64,000 nucleotides of DNA. Origin: Pseudomonadota bacterium (GTDB taxonomy: Bacteria > Desulfobacterota > Binatia > UBA9968). The notes under the pieces are model-generated. The model was not told where the DNA came from. It saw nothing but the letters and a program-made list of their open reading frames with translations, and did no database searches. How positions within the stretch are numbered: position 1 is the first letter of the stretch; each line of letters opens with the position of its first letter. A program made the position numbers and the translations under genes. This document shows positions 20,448 to 30,576 of this stretch, piece by piece. Location of the stretch: the NCBI GenBank assembly GCA_021324155.1, contig JAJPJQ010000014.1, forward strand, positions 1,166-65,165, written 5' to 3'.

Positions 20448-20675
20448 ATGCCGATTTACGAATATCGCTGCGGCGCTTGCGAGTGCGCCTTCGAAGAGCT
20501 CGTCCGCTCGACGAGCGAGAAGATCTCCTGTCCCTCCTGTGCAAGCTCCGACGTCAAGCGGCTGCTTTCGGTCTTTAGCTCGGGCCGCGACATCCGGTCG
20601 TTCGCCGGTGGCGCCGAGCCGCCCAGCAGCGGCGGCGGCTGCGGCTGCACGCCGAAGACCTGCGGTTGCCATTAA
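20448..20675 (+). CDS. FmdB-family zinc-ribbon protein
   Basis: MPIYEYRCGAC...CPSC and a Cys-rich tail. Confidence 0.9.
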   Translation: MPIYEYRCGACECAFEELVRSTSEKISCPSCASSDVKRLLSVFSSGRDIRSFAGGAEPPSSGGGCGCTPKTCGCH

Positions 20676-20712
20676 AATATCGGATTGGCGATTTCAGGTA
20701 CGAGCACTGAGA

Positions 20713-21237
20713 TCAGTCTTGCTTCGGTGCTGTGAGATAGCTCGCGAGTGTGTTTTGTAGATTCCTCACAGCGACTTCCAGGTTGGGAAATAATTTCTCT
20801 TCGATCAGCTCGTTGTCGATGAAGAAGTCGAGCGACGGACCTTCAGTGAAATTCACATCGACGAGCCGCGCGCCGACGGGCTCGCCGGTGACGAGCAGGC
20901 GCACCGAGTAGCCGGCATCGATCAATAGGGCGCGCGCGCCGGCGGGAAGCGCGACGGATTTTTTGATCTTCTCGAGCCGCTCAGGCGGATAAGCGCCCAC
21001 GCCCAAGCTGACGTAGTTCCAACCAAGCGGCGCCTGCGCGAGGTCCTTCAACGTCCGCGGGTTGATGTCGACCACGTTCTTTACCGCCTGTTCCTGACGG
21101 TAATCCTTCAGCAGCTCGTAGGTCCACTTCTCGATGACGCCTCGGCCGAGCCCGGTCTGCTTCTCGCGCTCTTTGACCGGGCCGCGGTCGATCCACCATT
21201 TTACCTCTTCGACGGGAGCGGTTTTCTCGTCGGGCAT
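20713..21237 (-). CDS. Hypothetical protein
   Basis: 174-aa ORF with normal composition. TTGACA-N18-TACCCT lies just upstream of the ATG. Confidence 0.7.
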   Translation of the reverse strand: MPDEKTAPVEEVKWWIDRGPVKEREKQTGLGRGVIEKWTYELLKDYRQEQAVKNVVDINPRTLKDLAQAPLGWNYVSLGVGAYPPERLEKIKKSVALPAGARALLIDAGYSVRLLVTGEPVGARLVDVNFTEGPSLDFFIDNELIEEKLFPNLEVAVRNLQNTLASYLTAPKQD

Positions 21238-21407
21238 GTCAGAAGGGTAACGCTCGGAGGCGTGGTGTGTCAAATAGATCGTCGAGAAGATCGGCGGAAG
21301 GGTCACAATTCAGGTATTTGTCAATGGAAACTAAGGTTTTCACCCGATTGTGGATAACTCTCGATAAATTTATCCTTGGGCAAGGCCGAGACCGAGCCGA
21401 GAGGACA

Positions 21408-21644
21408 ATGCAGCTGAGGTTTCGTACGGATAGGACCGGATTAGAACAATGGCACTTCGTGGAAGAATGCCCGCGTTGGCCGCAATACGAATTCGTGGAA
21501 CAACTCGAAACGCCGCCGATCAGCCAGGTATGTGAGAAATGTGTCGAGCTCAGCGCGCTGGAATTCGCGGAGCGCGCCGCGCGTCGTGAGCGCGTGCATA
21601 ACAGCGGCTCGATACGCCAGTCTACGCCTCCCGTTAAATCTTAA
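21408..21644 (+). CDS. Small hypothetical protein with H-x4-C...CxxC putative Zn site
   Basis: GAGGA RBS and WHFVEECPRWP...CEKC. Confidence 0.55.
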   Translation: MQLRFRTDRTGLEQWHFVEECPRWPQYEFVEQLETPPISQVCEKCVELSALEFAERAARRERVHNSGSIRQSTPPVKS

Positions 21645-22629
21645 ACTCTTCGAGCGTGTTCGGCGCAAATAGACTCTTCAAATCGAGCCGCGTCTTGATG
21701 AGCCCCTGCTCGTGCGCGTACTGCACCAGCGTCTCGAGCACGTGGCGGTTCGCTTCGAGACCATAAGGCCAGAGCTCGCCGGCGCCGAACAGCTCGCGCT
21801 CTTCCTCCATCTCGGCGATCGACCACGCGAGCATGTATTTGAGCGCCGAAAACTCGTACATCGACTCCTGACAGATATCCTTCGATTCCGCGAAAGCTTT
21901 GTACAGGCTCTGCGCCACCCACGGATGCTTCTGGTAAAAATCCTCCCGCAGCGCGACGGTGTGCATGATCGGGAAAATCTTCGTCCGCCGGTAATAATCC
22001 TTCTCGACGCGGGGAAAGTCGGGGATCAGGCGCGCGACGTTCGGCGAGCGGCGCACGAAAGGCGACGGCATGTGCGCGGATATCATCGCGTCGATCTCGC
22101 CGCTCTCTAGCATCGCAGACAGCGTCTTCTCGGGGCCGATCGGCCGGATGTCGATCGTCTTCGGCAGATCGTGCTGCACCTTATCCACGCGGCCGGGATG
22201 CTCCTCGCCGCCCGTGAGCCATTTCATCTGCTCCGGCTTGACGCCGTACTCGTGCTCTAGGATGCCGCGGGCCCAGATCGCCATCGTAATCTGATACTCG
22301 GGGACGCCGACGCGCTTTCCCGCCATGTCTTTCGGCTCTTTGATGCCGGACTTCGTGTTGATGTAGATACACGAGTGGCGGAACGCGCGCGAAGGAAAAA
22401 CCGGTATCGCGATCAGCTTCGGCGCGCCTTTCTCGCGAGCCATCAGATACGAGCCCATCGACAGCTCCGCGGCGTCGAACTCGCCGTACCGCAGCATGCG
22501 CCAAAAAGTCTCCTCGACGCGGAGCGGAAGATACGTGAGATCGACGCCTTCAACCTCGACGCGGCCGTCTTGCAGGGCGCGGGTGCGGTCGTAGTCCCAG
22601 CACGAGAGCGTGAGTTTGATTTTCGCCAT
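21634..22629 (-). CDS. 4,5-dihydroxyphthalate decarboxylase-like / periplasmic-binding-fold protein
   Basis: DYDRTRAL, IPVFPSRAFRHS, RVGVPEYQIT, IFPIMH and WPYGLEANR. No signal peptide. Confidence 0.8.
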   Translation of the reverse strand: MAKIKLTLSCWDYDRTRALQDGRVEVEGVDLTYLPLRVEETFWRMLRYGEFDAAELSMGSYLMAREKGAPKLIAIPVFPSRAFRHSCIYINTKSGIKEPKDMAGKRVGVPEYQITMAIWARGILEHEYGVKPEQMKWLTGGEEHPGRVDKVQHDLPKTIDIRPIGPEKTLSAMLESGEIDAMISAHMPSPFVRRSPNVARLIPDFPRVEKDYYRRTKIFPIMHTVALREDFYQKHPWVAQSLYKAFAESKDICQESMYEFSALKYMLAWSIAEMEEERELFGAGELWPYGLEANRHVLETLVQYAHEQGLIKTRLDLKSLFAPNTLEEFKI

Positions 22630-22653
22630 GAGCGCTCCTCGATGACAGATCGA

Positions 22654-22857
22654 TTATTTGGCTGCGACGCCGGCGAGAAACTGCGTCGCGCCGACAACGA
22701 ATTGGTCCTTCTCGCCGGCGAGCACGAGCGCCGCCTCGCCGGAAGCGAGAGTGGTGTGCTTGAGGATTTTGTAGCGGCGGCCGTGGAAGTCGACCTCCTG
22801 TCCGACGGGGTAGCGCCGGAGTTTGATGTAGTCGGAAACGGGCTCGATTCTTTCCAT
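22654..22857 (-). CDS. Small hypothetical protein (67 aa)
   Basis: Co-oriented ORF filling the intergenic gap, with typical codon usage. Confidence 0.6.
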   Translation of the reverse strand: MERIEPVSDYIKLRRYPVGQEVDFHGRRYKILKHTTLASGEAALVLAGEKDQFVVGATQFLAGVAAK

Positions 22858-22981
22858 GGATTTGAATCTTCATAGCATATCGCGGCGGGGTGAAGCGAGC
22901 GGCCGAGCGGCGGAAGAGGAATAAACGCAGAGCAGCGTCAGTCTAATTGACAAGGTGGTAGACGGATACTAGAGTCCTCGG

Positions 22982-23917
22982 ATGACGAGCGGACAAACAC
23001 GCATAGCAGTGATGGGCAGCGGCGCCGTCGGCGGCTATTTCGGCGCGCGGCTCGCGGCCGCAGGCGAGAACGTCGCGTTCATCGCTCGCGGCGCTCATCT
23101 CGAGGCGATGCGCCGGGACGGGCTTTGCGTCAAAAGCGTCGGCGGCGACTTCCGCGCGCATGGGGTTTTCACCGATAATCCGCGCGAGGTCGGGCCTGTG
23201 GCGCTCGTGCTCTTCTGCGTCAAATCCTACGACACCGAATCTGTGTCCGCCATGCTTGCGCCGATAATCCGCCCGCGCACGGTCGTTCTCTCCCTGCAAA
23301 ACGGCGTGGATAACGCGGATAGGCTCGCAAGCCGTTGGGGTCGTGACCGCGTGCTCGGGGGCGTCGTGTATCTCGGCGCGCAGCTTAGCGCGCCGGGAAC
23401 GATTACGCACAGCGCCGGGGGCCGCATCGTCCTGGGCGCGCTCGATGCGCCGGATAGCGAGGCGGCGAGAGCGGCGGAATCGATTCTATCGGCTGCGCAG
23501 ATCCCCTGCTCGGTCAGCCCGGAGATCCGCAAGGTCATGTGGTCGAAACTCGTGTGGAACGCGCCGTTCTGCGCCATCTCGTGTCTCGCGCGCGCGACGG
23601 TGAGCGAAATTCTCGAGTCCGAGCCTTTGCGCGGGCAGGCGGCCGCGTGCATGGAAGAGGTTCGCGAGGCGGCGCGCATCGCCGGCGTCGAGCTGCCGCC
23701 CTCGATCGTCGACGATACCTTCAATTTTTCGCGCGGCCTCGGCGGCTTCAAGCCGTCGATGCTGCAGGACCTCGAGGCCGGAAAGCCGCTCGAATACCAG
23801 GCGCTCAACGGCATCGTCGTCGATCTTCTCGCGCGCGCGGGCAAGAAAGCGCCAGTCAACGGCGCCTGCCGCGCGGTGTTGCAATTTCTGGACAGCCGGA
23901 TTCGCGCCGGCAGGTGA
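22982..23917 (+). CDS. panE: 2-dehydropantoate 2-reductase (ApbA/PanE family)
   Basis: GSGAVGG, LQNGV, WSKLVWN and SMLQDLEAGKPLE. Confidence 0.92.
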   Translation: MTSGQTRIAVMGSGAVGGYFGARLAAAGENVAFIARGAHLEAMRRDGLCVKSVGGDFRAHGVFTDNPREVGPVALVLFCVKSYDTESVSAMLAPIIRPRTVVLSLQNGVDNADRLASRWGRDRVLGGVVYLGAQLSAPGTITHSAGGRIVLGALDAPDSEAARAAESILSAAQIPCSVSPEIRKVMWSKLVWNAPFCAISCLARATVSEILESEPLRGQAAACMEEVREAARIAGVELPPSIVDDTFNFSRGLGGFKPSMLQDLEAGKPLEYQALNGIVVDLLARAGKKAPVNGACRAVLQFLDSRIRAGR

Positions 23918-23922
23918 CAACA

Positions 23923-24801
23923 ATGCGGAGACCCTTTCTGAACGCCGCCGCTTTCTTTCTGCTGCTTGTTTGTGTGTCCGCCGCGCATGCGCAAACCGCC
24001 AAGGACGATCTCGCCGCGCGCGGACAGTACATTTTTTCGCTGGCCGGCGGCTGCGCCTGCCATACGGAGCCGAAAGGAACGCCGAACGCCGGCGGCCGCG
24101 TCATCCCCCTGCCGTTCGGAAAGCTCTATTCCACCAACATCACGCCGGATAAAGAAACCGGACTGGGAAACTGGACGGATCAACAGATCCGCGACGCGAT
24201 GATCAAAGGCGTGCGGCCGAACGGCGAGCGGCTCCTGCCAGCGATGCCGTACGAGGCGTACTCCGGCATGGCCGATGAAGACCTGCAGGCGCTGATCGCG
24301 TACCTGAGGACCCTCAAGCCGGTGCGCAAACAGATGCCGCGACTCAAGACGTGGCTACCGTTTTATCGCGGCGTCGGGACTTTTTTCTGGACGCGCTTCG
24401 TGGCCAAGTCGTACACGTCCGTGCCGAAGGCGCCCGCCGCCGGCGCGGAGCGTGGCCGCTATCTCGTCGAGCACGTCTCGCTCTGCATCGACTGCCATAC
24501 GCCGAGGAACTCGATGGGCATCCCGCAGCCTTCGCTTTACCTAGCCGGGGCAAAAAAAGGCCCGCCGCTCAATGTCGAGGTGCCAAACATCACACCGGAT
24601 AAGGGAACCGGCATCGGCGATTGGAGCCGCGATTCGATCGCCGATCTGATCCAGACGGGCACCAAGCCCGATCTCGACAATGTCCAGGGGCTGATGGCCG
24701 AAGTGGTCGAGGCCGGCTATAAAAATATGAAGCGGGAAGACGCGCAGGCGATCGCGGATTATTTGAAGACCGTGCCGCCGATCAACCATAAGACGAATTA
24801 A
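23923..24801 (+). CDS. Periplasmic diheme cytochrome c (dehydrogenase cytochrome-subunit-like)
   Basis: Signal peptide, heme motifs CACH and CIDCH, repeated NITPD-x-TG-x-G-x-W, and PAMPY. Confidence 0.88.
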   Translation: MRRPFLNAAAFFLLLVCVSAAHAQTAKDDLAARGQYIFSLAGGCACHTEPKGTPNAGGRVIPLPFGKLYSTNITPDKETGLGNWTDQQIRDAMIKGVRPNGERLLPAMPYEAYSGMADEDLQALIAYLRTLKPVRKQMPRLKTWLPFYRGVGTFFWTRFVAKSYTSVPKAPAAGAERGRYLVEHVSLCIDCHTPRNSMGIPQPSLYLAGAKKGPPLNVEVPNITPDKGTGIGDWSRDSIADLIQTGTKPDLDNVQGLMAEVVEAGYKNMKREDAQAIADYLKTVPPINHKTN

Positions 24802-24816
24802 CGTCGAGGAGGTCGC

Positions 24817-25836
24817 ATGCCAGGCCGCTATCGCATCATCGACGGCGACGGCCATCTGCTGGACGGCCCCGAGAATTGCTACCGCCGCCATCTGCCCGAG
24901 CCTTACCGCAGTCGCAGCGGCTCGTTCTTTCTCCAGTTCGGCTGGGACATCCGCATGAACGCGAAGCTCGGCAAGCTCGACGCTAATCCGGAAACCTACG
25001 TTCGCGACATGGAAGCCGAAGCGATCGAGCTCATGGTCGCCTATCCGAGCCCGGCGCTGTCGATCGGACTCGTGCGTGAGTTCGATCTCGCTGTCGCCCT
25101 GGCGCGCGCGTACAACGACTGGGCGCATGAGTTCGGCCGGGCGGCTGGTGGACGCATCAAAGCCGCCGCTGTAGTCGCGCCGCAATCCGTGCCGGAAGCG
25201 GTCGAAGAGGTGCGCCGCGCGGTCACGCGCCTCGGTGCGGTCGCGGTCATGATGCCGACCTACGTGAGCCCCGGCTTCGATCTCGGCCAGCCGCAGTTCG
25301 ATCCGATCTACGCCGCGGCTGAAGAGCTCGGCGTGCCGGTCGCGTTTCACGCGACGGCGCAGGTGTCGCAGGGCATGCTGCGCTTTCACAAATACCTCGG
25401 CGTGCATATGGTCTCGCACCCGTTCGAGCAGATGATCTCGATCATCTCGATTATCTCCAACGGCGTGCTCGACCGCTTCCCCAAGCTCAGGGTCGCGTTC
25501 CTCGAAGCCGGCATCGGGTGGGTGCCGTACTGGATGGAGCGCTTCGACGAAAAGTTTCACAAGCGCCGCGCCGACATGCCGCCGCTCAAGCTGCCGCCGA
25601 GCGAATACATCAAGGCCGGCCGGTGCTTCTTCACTTGCGAGGGTGAGGAGTCGGCGCTGCCGTTCATGATCGAACAATACGGCGATGACTGCATTCTGTA
25701 CGCTTCGGACTATCCGCATTGGGACAGCGACTGGCCGCATACCGTAAAAATGGTTGTCGACCGCAAAGACGTTGCCGAGCGGAGCAAGGAAAAAATTTTG
25801 TGCCTCAACGCGTTGTCGTTCTATAACCTCAAATGA
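24817..25836 (+). CDS. Amidohydrolase_2 family metal-dependent hydrolase/decarboxylase
   Basis: IIDGDGH, RAYNDW, VAFH, FLEAGIGW and ASDYPHWD. Confidence 0.9.
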   Translation: MPGRYRIIDGDGHLLDGPENCYRRHLPEPYRSRSGSFFLQFGWDIRMNAKLGKLDANPETYVRDMEAEAIELMVAYPSPALSIGLVREFDLAVALARAYNDWAHEFGRAAGGRIKAAAVVAPQSVPEAVEEVRRAVTRLGAVAVMMPTYVSPGFDLGQPQFDPIYAAAEELGVPVAFHATAQVSQGMLRFHKYLGVHMVSHPFEQMISIISIISNGVLDRFPKLRVAFLEAGIGWVPYWMERFDEKFHKRRADMPPLKLPPSEYIKAGRCFFTCEGEESALPFMIEQYGDDCILYASDYPHWDSDWPHTVKMVVDRKDVAERSKEKILCLNALSFYNLK

Positions 25837-25840
25837 CGCG

Positions 25841-26854
25841 ATGAAATTTCGCCGCGGAAAAATCGCGCTGATCGTCTTCGCCGGAGTGTTGGCGGTCGCG
25901 AGCGCCGGCGCGCGCGGGGCCGAGACGTTTGCCAAGCCGGAAAAGGGCCGGCTCGAGATCGCGATCGCGGCATGGGGGCCGACGACGCTGCCGCTTCTCG
26001 TGGCGCAGGAAGCCGGCTATTTCGCGCGCCACGGTCTGACCGTCTCGATTACGCAGGTGAGCGCGAGCGCCGCCGTGCAGGGCGTCGTCTCCGGCGCCAT
26101 CGATATTTACCAGGGCGGCGCGGCGGCTATCGCGGCGACGCTCGCCGGCGCGAGCATTATTTATATCGCCGCCGGTGTCGACCGCAGCTCGCTCGTGCTC
26201 TTCGGCCAGAAAGGGCTCACGGCTTTTGAGATGTTGCGTGGCAAAGCCGTCGCGACGACTTCTCCCGGTGCGTTCGGCGAGATCGCAATGCGCATGACGG
26301 CGCGAAAATACGGCATGGAGGTCGGAAGGGACATCAAGCTACTCTACCACCGCAGCGTGCAGGAGGCGTTGAGCACGTTTCTCGTCGCCAACTCCGACGG
26401 TCTTATTATCACGCCGCCGGCGACGGAGGTGGCGCGGAAGCAGGGGTATCCGGTGATGGTCGACTATTATAGGGACGGCCTCAAGATCATCGGTCCGGGC
26501 ACGGCGGTCACGCGCGAGTTCGCGCAGAAAAACCTCAATACGCTCAAGGCCTATTTGCGCGCCTGCCTCGACGGCGTCAAGCGGGCGCTCGACGACGAAG
26601 AGTTCGCCAAGAAAGTCGATGCGAAGTACGAGAAGATCAGCGACGCGAAAACGCTTACGGAAAACTACCAGCAGGGCGCGCGCGTGTGGAACAAGGACAT
26701 GACCATCGATCCCGCCGCAATCCGCCTCGTGCTCGACGATTCGTCCGATCCCAAGGCGAAAAGCGCCGACCCGAAGATATTCTACGACAACTCGATTATC
26801 GAGGCAGTGAACCGCGAATACGCGGTAAAATTATTCCCCGAAGCGGTGAAGTAA
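25841..26854 (+). CDS. ABC solute-binding protein (SsuA/NMT1/TauA-like), orphan
   Basis: Signal peptide, LLVAQEAGYFARHGL and LRGKAVA. Confidence 0.85.
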   Translation: MKFRRGKIALIVFAGVLAVASAGARGAETFAKPEKGRLEIAIAAWGPTTLPLLVAQEAGYFARHGLTVSITQVSASAAVQGVVSGAIDIYQGGAAAIAATLAGASIIYIAAGVDRSSLVLFGQKGLTAFEMLRGKAVATTSPGAFGEIAMRMTARKYGMEVGRDIKLLYHRSVQEALSTFLVANSDGLIITPPATEVARKQGYPVMVDYYRDGLKIIGPGTAVTREFAQKNLNTLKAYLRACLDGVKRALDDEEFAKKVDAKYEKISDAKTLTENYQQGARVWNKDMTIDPAAIRLVLDDSSDPKAKSADPKIFYDNSIIEAVNREYAVKLFPEAVK

Positions 26855-27377
26855 TGTCCTGGGAAGACGACACATACGTGTGCGCTCGGTGCGGTGAGAC
26901 GCATAAAGGCCTGCCGATGAGCTACGGCGCGAGCGCGCCGGCGCTCTGGTACATGATTCCGCCGGAGGAGCGCGCCGCGCGCGCCGAGCTGTCTTCCGAT
27001 CAATGCATTATCGACGATCAGTACTATTTCCTTCTCGGCGGAATTTTTATTCCCGTCAAAGATACCGGCAAGCAATTTATGTGGCTTTCCTGGGTGTCGC
27101 TCGCGGCGGACGATTCGTCCGCGCCGCCGAGCTTTGGAACATGCACGGGCGCGAAAGCGAGCCGCCGTATGCCGGCTGCCTCGCTACGGAGTTTCCGGGC
27201 TATCCATCGACGCTGAATCTGAAAGCCGAGGTTTATACCCGGCCGGTGGGCGAGCGGCCCTTCATCCTCCTCGAAGAAAGCGATCACCCGCTCGCCGTCG
27301 AGCAGCGCGACGGCATCACGACCGCGCGCGTGCAGGAGATCGCCGAGATCGTGCGCCACGGCGGAGCGCGATCATGA
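26854..27377 (+). pseudogene. DUF2199-like protein interrupted by a single frameshift
   Basis: CARCGETH...WLSWVSL in one frame continues as YPSTLNLK...RPVGERP...SDHPLAVEQRDGI in another. The shift is near 27115. Confidence 0.75.
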
Positions 27378-27568
27378 TGAAGCCGTTTTTTCGCGCTATC
27401 GCCGCCATTCTCGGCGCAGGCTTTCTTATCATGGGCGCTCTCATACTCATGAGCAATCTATCTTCGGCGAAGACACTGTCCAACGCCGAATGGCGCGGGC
27501 CGCTTTTCTTGCTGGGCTGGGGCGTGATGTTCGTCGCGATCGGAGCGCGGGGATATCTCAAGCGATAG
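27374..27568 (+). CDS. Small two-TM membrane protein
   Basis: ATGA overlap with the upstream gene and two hydrophobic helices. Confidence 0.6.
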   Translation: MMKPFFRAIAAILGAGFLIMGALILMSNLSSAKTLSNAEWRGPLFLLGWGVMFVAIGARGYLKR

Positions 27569-27580
27569 CCGCGACGGCCG

Positions 27581-28171
27581 TTAAGGGATTCTGAACTTAG
27601 CTTGCCTCGAAATCCGGCGTGTCGTGTACTCCGTTTGGGTCAAGTCCCATTCGGTAACGTCACCACGTAGCTCAATCGCCAATGAGCCGCTGTCGATCGT
27701 CCAGCCCACGACCTCCGCGTAGAAATGGTCATAATCTGGCAGCATCTCCTTCGCGTGGACTTCGATAAAGTTATCGATTTCTGAAAGTCGAGTAGCCCCA
27801 AGGGGTGGCACAATGCGAAATAGGACGACTCTGGAGCTGTTGCTTCCCTCAAAGTCGGTTACGGCGATCATCCTGCTGTCCGGGGACCAAGCGACATTCG
27901 CATCTCTGCCGTAAGAGTAAAGCAGCGCGGGCTTGCCTTTGGTATTTCGTGATCGAAGCCAAATCTGATGTTGTTGGTATGTCCCCTCCAGTGAGTCTTG
28001 TTCGCTAAAGTTATAGAAAATCTCAAACCGGCCATCCGGAGAGAGAACGGGGATCTCAACCCCCGTGACCTGTCTCGGTTGAGTATATTCCCCAAAGGTG
28101 AGACCTGAGCGGTTGGCAAAGAAAACGGCGAGAACGACGGTCAGACAGCGAACAAACTGCGGCTGTCTCAT
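27581..28171 (-). CDS. Hypothetical exported protein with beta-propeller-like (TolB/WD40-like) segments
   Basis: Signal-like N-terminus, LSPDGRF and VAWSPDSRMIAV. It is more AT-rich than its neighbours. Confidence 0.6.
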   Translation of the reverse strand: MRQPQFVRCLTVVLAVFFANRSGLTFGEYTQPRQVTGVEIPVLSPDGRFEIFYNFSEQDSLEGTYQQHQIWLRSRNTKGKPALLYSYGRDANVAWSPDSRMIAVTDFEGSNSSRVVLFRIVPPLGATRLSEIDNFIEVHAKEMLPDYDHFYAEVVGWTIDSGSLAIELRGDVTEWDLTQTEYTTRRISRQAKFRIP

Positions 28172-28177
28172 GCCCTC

Positions 28178-28870
28178 TTAGACGGCGTACTTGATCGAAT
28201 CTTCGACCCCCGCTTCCTTGAATCCCTTCAACCTTAGCTGGCAGCTGTCGCATCGGCCGCAAGCCCAGCCGTCCGGAGTCGGGTCGTAGCAGCTCCATGT
28301 GAGCGAATAGTCGACGCCGAGCGCAAGGCCTTTTTTCACGATCTCGGCCTTGGTGAGACGGATCAACGGCGTGTGGATTTTTATTTGCGTCGTCCCTTCG
28401 ACACCCGCCTTGGTCGCGAGATTCGCCATACGCTCGAACGCCTGGATGTATTCCTCGCGGCAGTCGGGGTAGCCGCTATAGTCGAGCTGGTTGGCGCCGA
28501 AAAAAATGTCGTCGGCGCCGAGCTTTTCGGCGAGCGCGAGGCCGAACGAGAGAAAGATCGTGTTGCGCGCTGGCACGTAAGTGGCCGGGATGCCGGTGGC
28601 GATCTCGCCGGCGCTACGGCTCTTCGGCACCGCGATCGCGTCGGTGAGCGCCGAGCCGCCGATCGCGCGCAGGTCAAAAGCGATCACGAGATGCCTTTCG
28701 GCGACACCGAAAGCCAGCGCGACGCGCTCGGCCGCCTGAAGCTCGCGCTCGTGGCGCTGGCCGTAACGGAAGCTTAACGGGTGTACCTCGTAGCCCTCGC
28801 TGCGGGCGATCGCCATCGCCGTTGCCGAGTCGAGCCCCCCGCTCAGAAGCACCACGGCCTTCGCCGACAT
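28178..28870 (-). CDS. queC: 7-cyano-7-deazaguanine synthase
   Basis: LSGGLDS, YVPARN, YPDCR and TWSCY...CGRCDSC. Confidence 0.97.
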   Translation of the reverse strand: MSAKAVVLLSGGLDSATAMAIARSEGYEVHPLSFRYGQRHERELQAAERVALAFGVAERHLVIAFDLRAIGGSALTDAIAVPKSRSAGEIATGIPATYVPARNTIFLSFGLALAEKLGADDIFFGANQLDYSGYPDCREEYIQAFERMANLATKAGVEGTTQIKIHTPLIRLTKAEIVKKGLALGVDYSLTWSCYDPTPDGWACGRCDSCQLRLKGFKEAGVEDSIKYAV

Positions 28871-28947
28871 AGCGCCATCGTAGGGAGCGTCCATGAAAAA
28901 GACAAGAAGCCACGACTGTGATATAATGCGGGGCCAACGGGAGGCGA

Positions 28948-30567
28948 GTGCAAACCAATATGCTCTATCTCCTCAGACCGTATCCGCTCAACTGGGAGGG
29001 CGAGGACCGCCGGCGGCTCGAAATCTTCATCGATCGCCTATCGAAGGTCGAGCCCTACTTCGAGGCGCACATCCAGCGCGCCTGCTTCTACGCGCTCAAC
29101 TTCGGGCGCTACATCGGCCTCTCCGACGCCGAGATGAGGCTGCTCTATCTCGCGACCTTCTTCCACGATGCGGGGAAAGTCTCGATTCCCGCCGCGATCC
29201 TGCAAAAGCCAGGACCGCTCACCCACGACGAGTTCGAGGTCATGAAGACGCATCCGGTTCTCGGCGCCGAGATGTGCCTGCAGCTCGGACCGCTCGAAGA
29301 GATCGCGCCGCTCGTAGGCGCGCACCACGAGAAGCTCGACGGCTCCGGCTACCCGCAGCATCTCACGGAAAAAGACATTCCGTTTCTGGCGCGCATCGTC
29401 GCGACGATCGAAATCTACGACGCGCTGCGCAACGAGCGCTCCTACAAGCCACCGTTCTCGCTCGAGAAAAGCGTCGAGATCCTGCGCGAAGAGGCGGCGG
29501 CCGGGCGACTCGACAAAAACCTGATCGACGCGTTCGTCAAATTCGGCGAGAGTCAGTACATCGATCCGCAAATGCTCGCGGTCGACTTCTTTCGCGAGCC
29601 GGAAGTCGATGTGCGCAGCAGCCGCGCAGCGCCCGTTGCGCAGCCGAAGGCAGATCTAAGCACGGCGCCCGAAGGCGGGCAGCTCACCGTTCTTATCGCA
29701 GAGGACAATCCCGACCAGATGGAGATCTTGCAGACAATGCTCGGCCAGGGACGCTACCGGCTCGTCTGCGCGATGGACGGCGAGGAGGCCTGGGAAAAGC
29801 TCGCCAGCGAGCCGGTCGACATCGCCTTGCTCGACATCATGATGCCCAAAATCACAGGGCTCGAAGTCTGCCGCCGCATCCGCGAAGACCCGCGGCTGAA
29901 AAACATTTACGTGATATTTTTGACGGCCATGGTCTCGGGCGAGGACCGCGTGAAAGGGCTCGAGCTCGGCGCCAACGACTACATGACCAAGCCGTATTAC
30001 GTGCCCGAGCTGATGGCACGCCTGAGCGTCGGCGAGCGGCTCACGCGCGAGCGGCGCGAGATCGAGACACAGGCGGCGCGCGACCCACTAACCGGGCTGC
30101 ACAACCGGAGAACGTTCGAGGAGCGGTTGAGCCACGAGTTCGAGCGCGCCAAGCGCTACAGCCGCCCGATGTCGATCCTGATGATCGACGTGGACGATTT
30201 CAAGAACATCAATGACCGTCACGGCCATCCCTGCGGCGACCGCGTGCTCAGGCGGGTGGCGGAAGTCATCGGCGCGAGAACGCGCAAGGTCGATATCGCC
30301 GCGCGCTACGGCGGCGAGGAGTTCGTGGTCCTGCTGCCGGAGATCGGTCTGGAGGGCGGCATCCAGGCCGGCGAAAAGCTGAGGCAGGAGATCGCCGCGA
30401 TCCGATTCGACGAGCCCGCCGACGTTTCACCCACCGTGAGCATCGGCGTCGCGTCGACTTCCGCGCGTCCTTATCACGACGCGGCGACTGTCGTGCAGGA
30501 CGCGGACCTCGCGCTCTATAAAGCGAAGGGGCGCGGCAAGAATCGCGTCGAGTTCGCCGCCGATTGA
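28948..30567 (+). CDS. HD-GYP / receiver / GGDEF c-di-GMP signalling protein
   Basis: HDAGK and [11 protein letters not shown]; receiver LLDIMMP...KP; RKVD I-site and GGEEF. Confidence 0.92.
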   Translation: MQTNMLYLLRPYPLNWEGEDRRRLEIFIDRLSKVEPYFEAHIQRACFYALNFGRYIGLSDAEMRLLYLATFFHDAGKVSIPAAILQKPGPLTHDEFEVMKTHPVLGAEMCLQLGPLEEIAPLVGAHHEKLDGSGYPQHLTEKDIPFLARIVATIEIYDALRNERSYKPPFSLEKSVEILREEAAAGRLDKNLIDAFVKFGESQYIDPQMLAVDFFREPEVDVRSSRAAPVAQPKADLSTAPEGGQLTVLIAEDNPDQMEILQTMLGQGRYRLVCAMDGEEAWEKLASEPVDIALLDIMMPKITGLEVCRRIREDPRLKNIYVIFLTAMVSGEDRVKGLELGANDYMTKPYYVPELMARLSVGERLTRERREIETQAARDPLTGLHNRRTFEERLSHEFERAKRYSRPMSILMIDVDDFKNINDRHGHPCGDRVLRRVAEVIGARTRKVDIAARYGGEEFVVLLPEIGLEGGIQAGEKLRQEIAAIRFDEPADVSPTVSIGVASTSARPYHDAATVVQDADLALYKAKGRGKNRVEFAAD

Positions 30568-30576
30568 ATTTCCGTA

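Noticed and set aside
28871-28947. Possible preQ1 riboswitch upstream of queC
   Set aside because: No preQ1 consensus stem or A-rich tail is recognisable. The short region is a divergent promoter.
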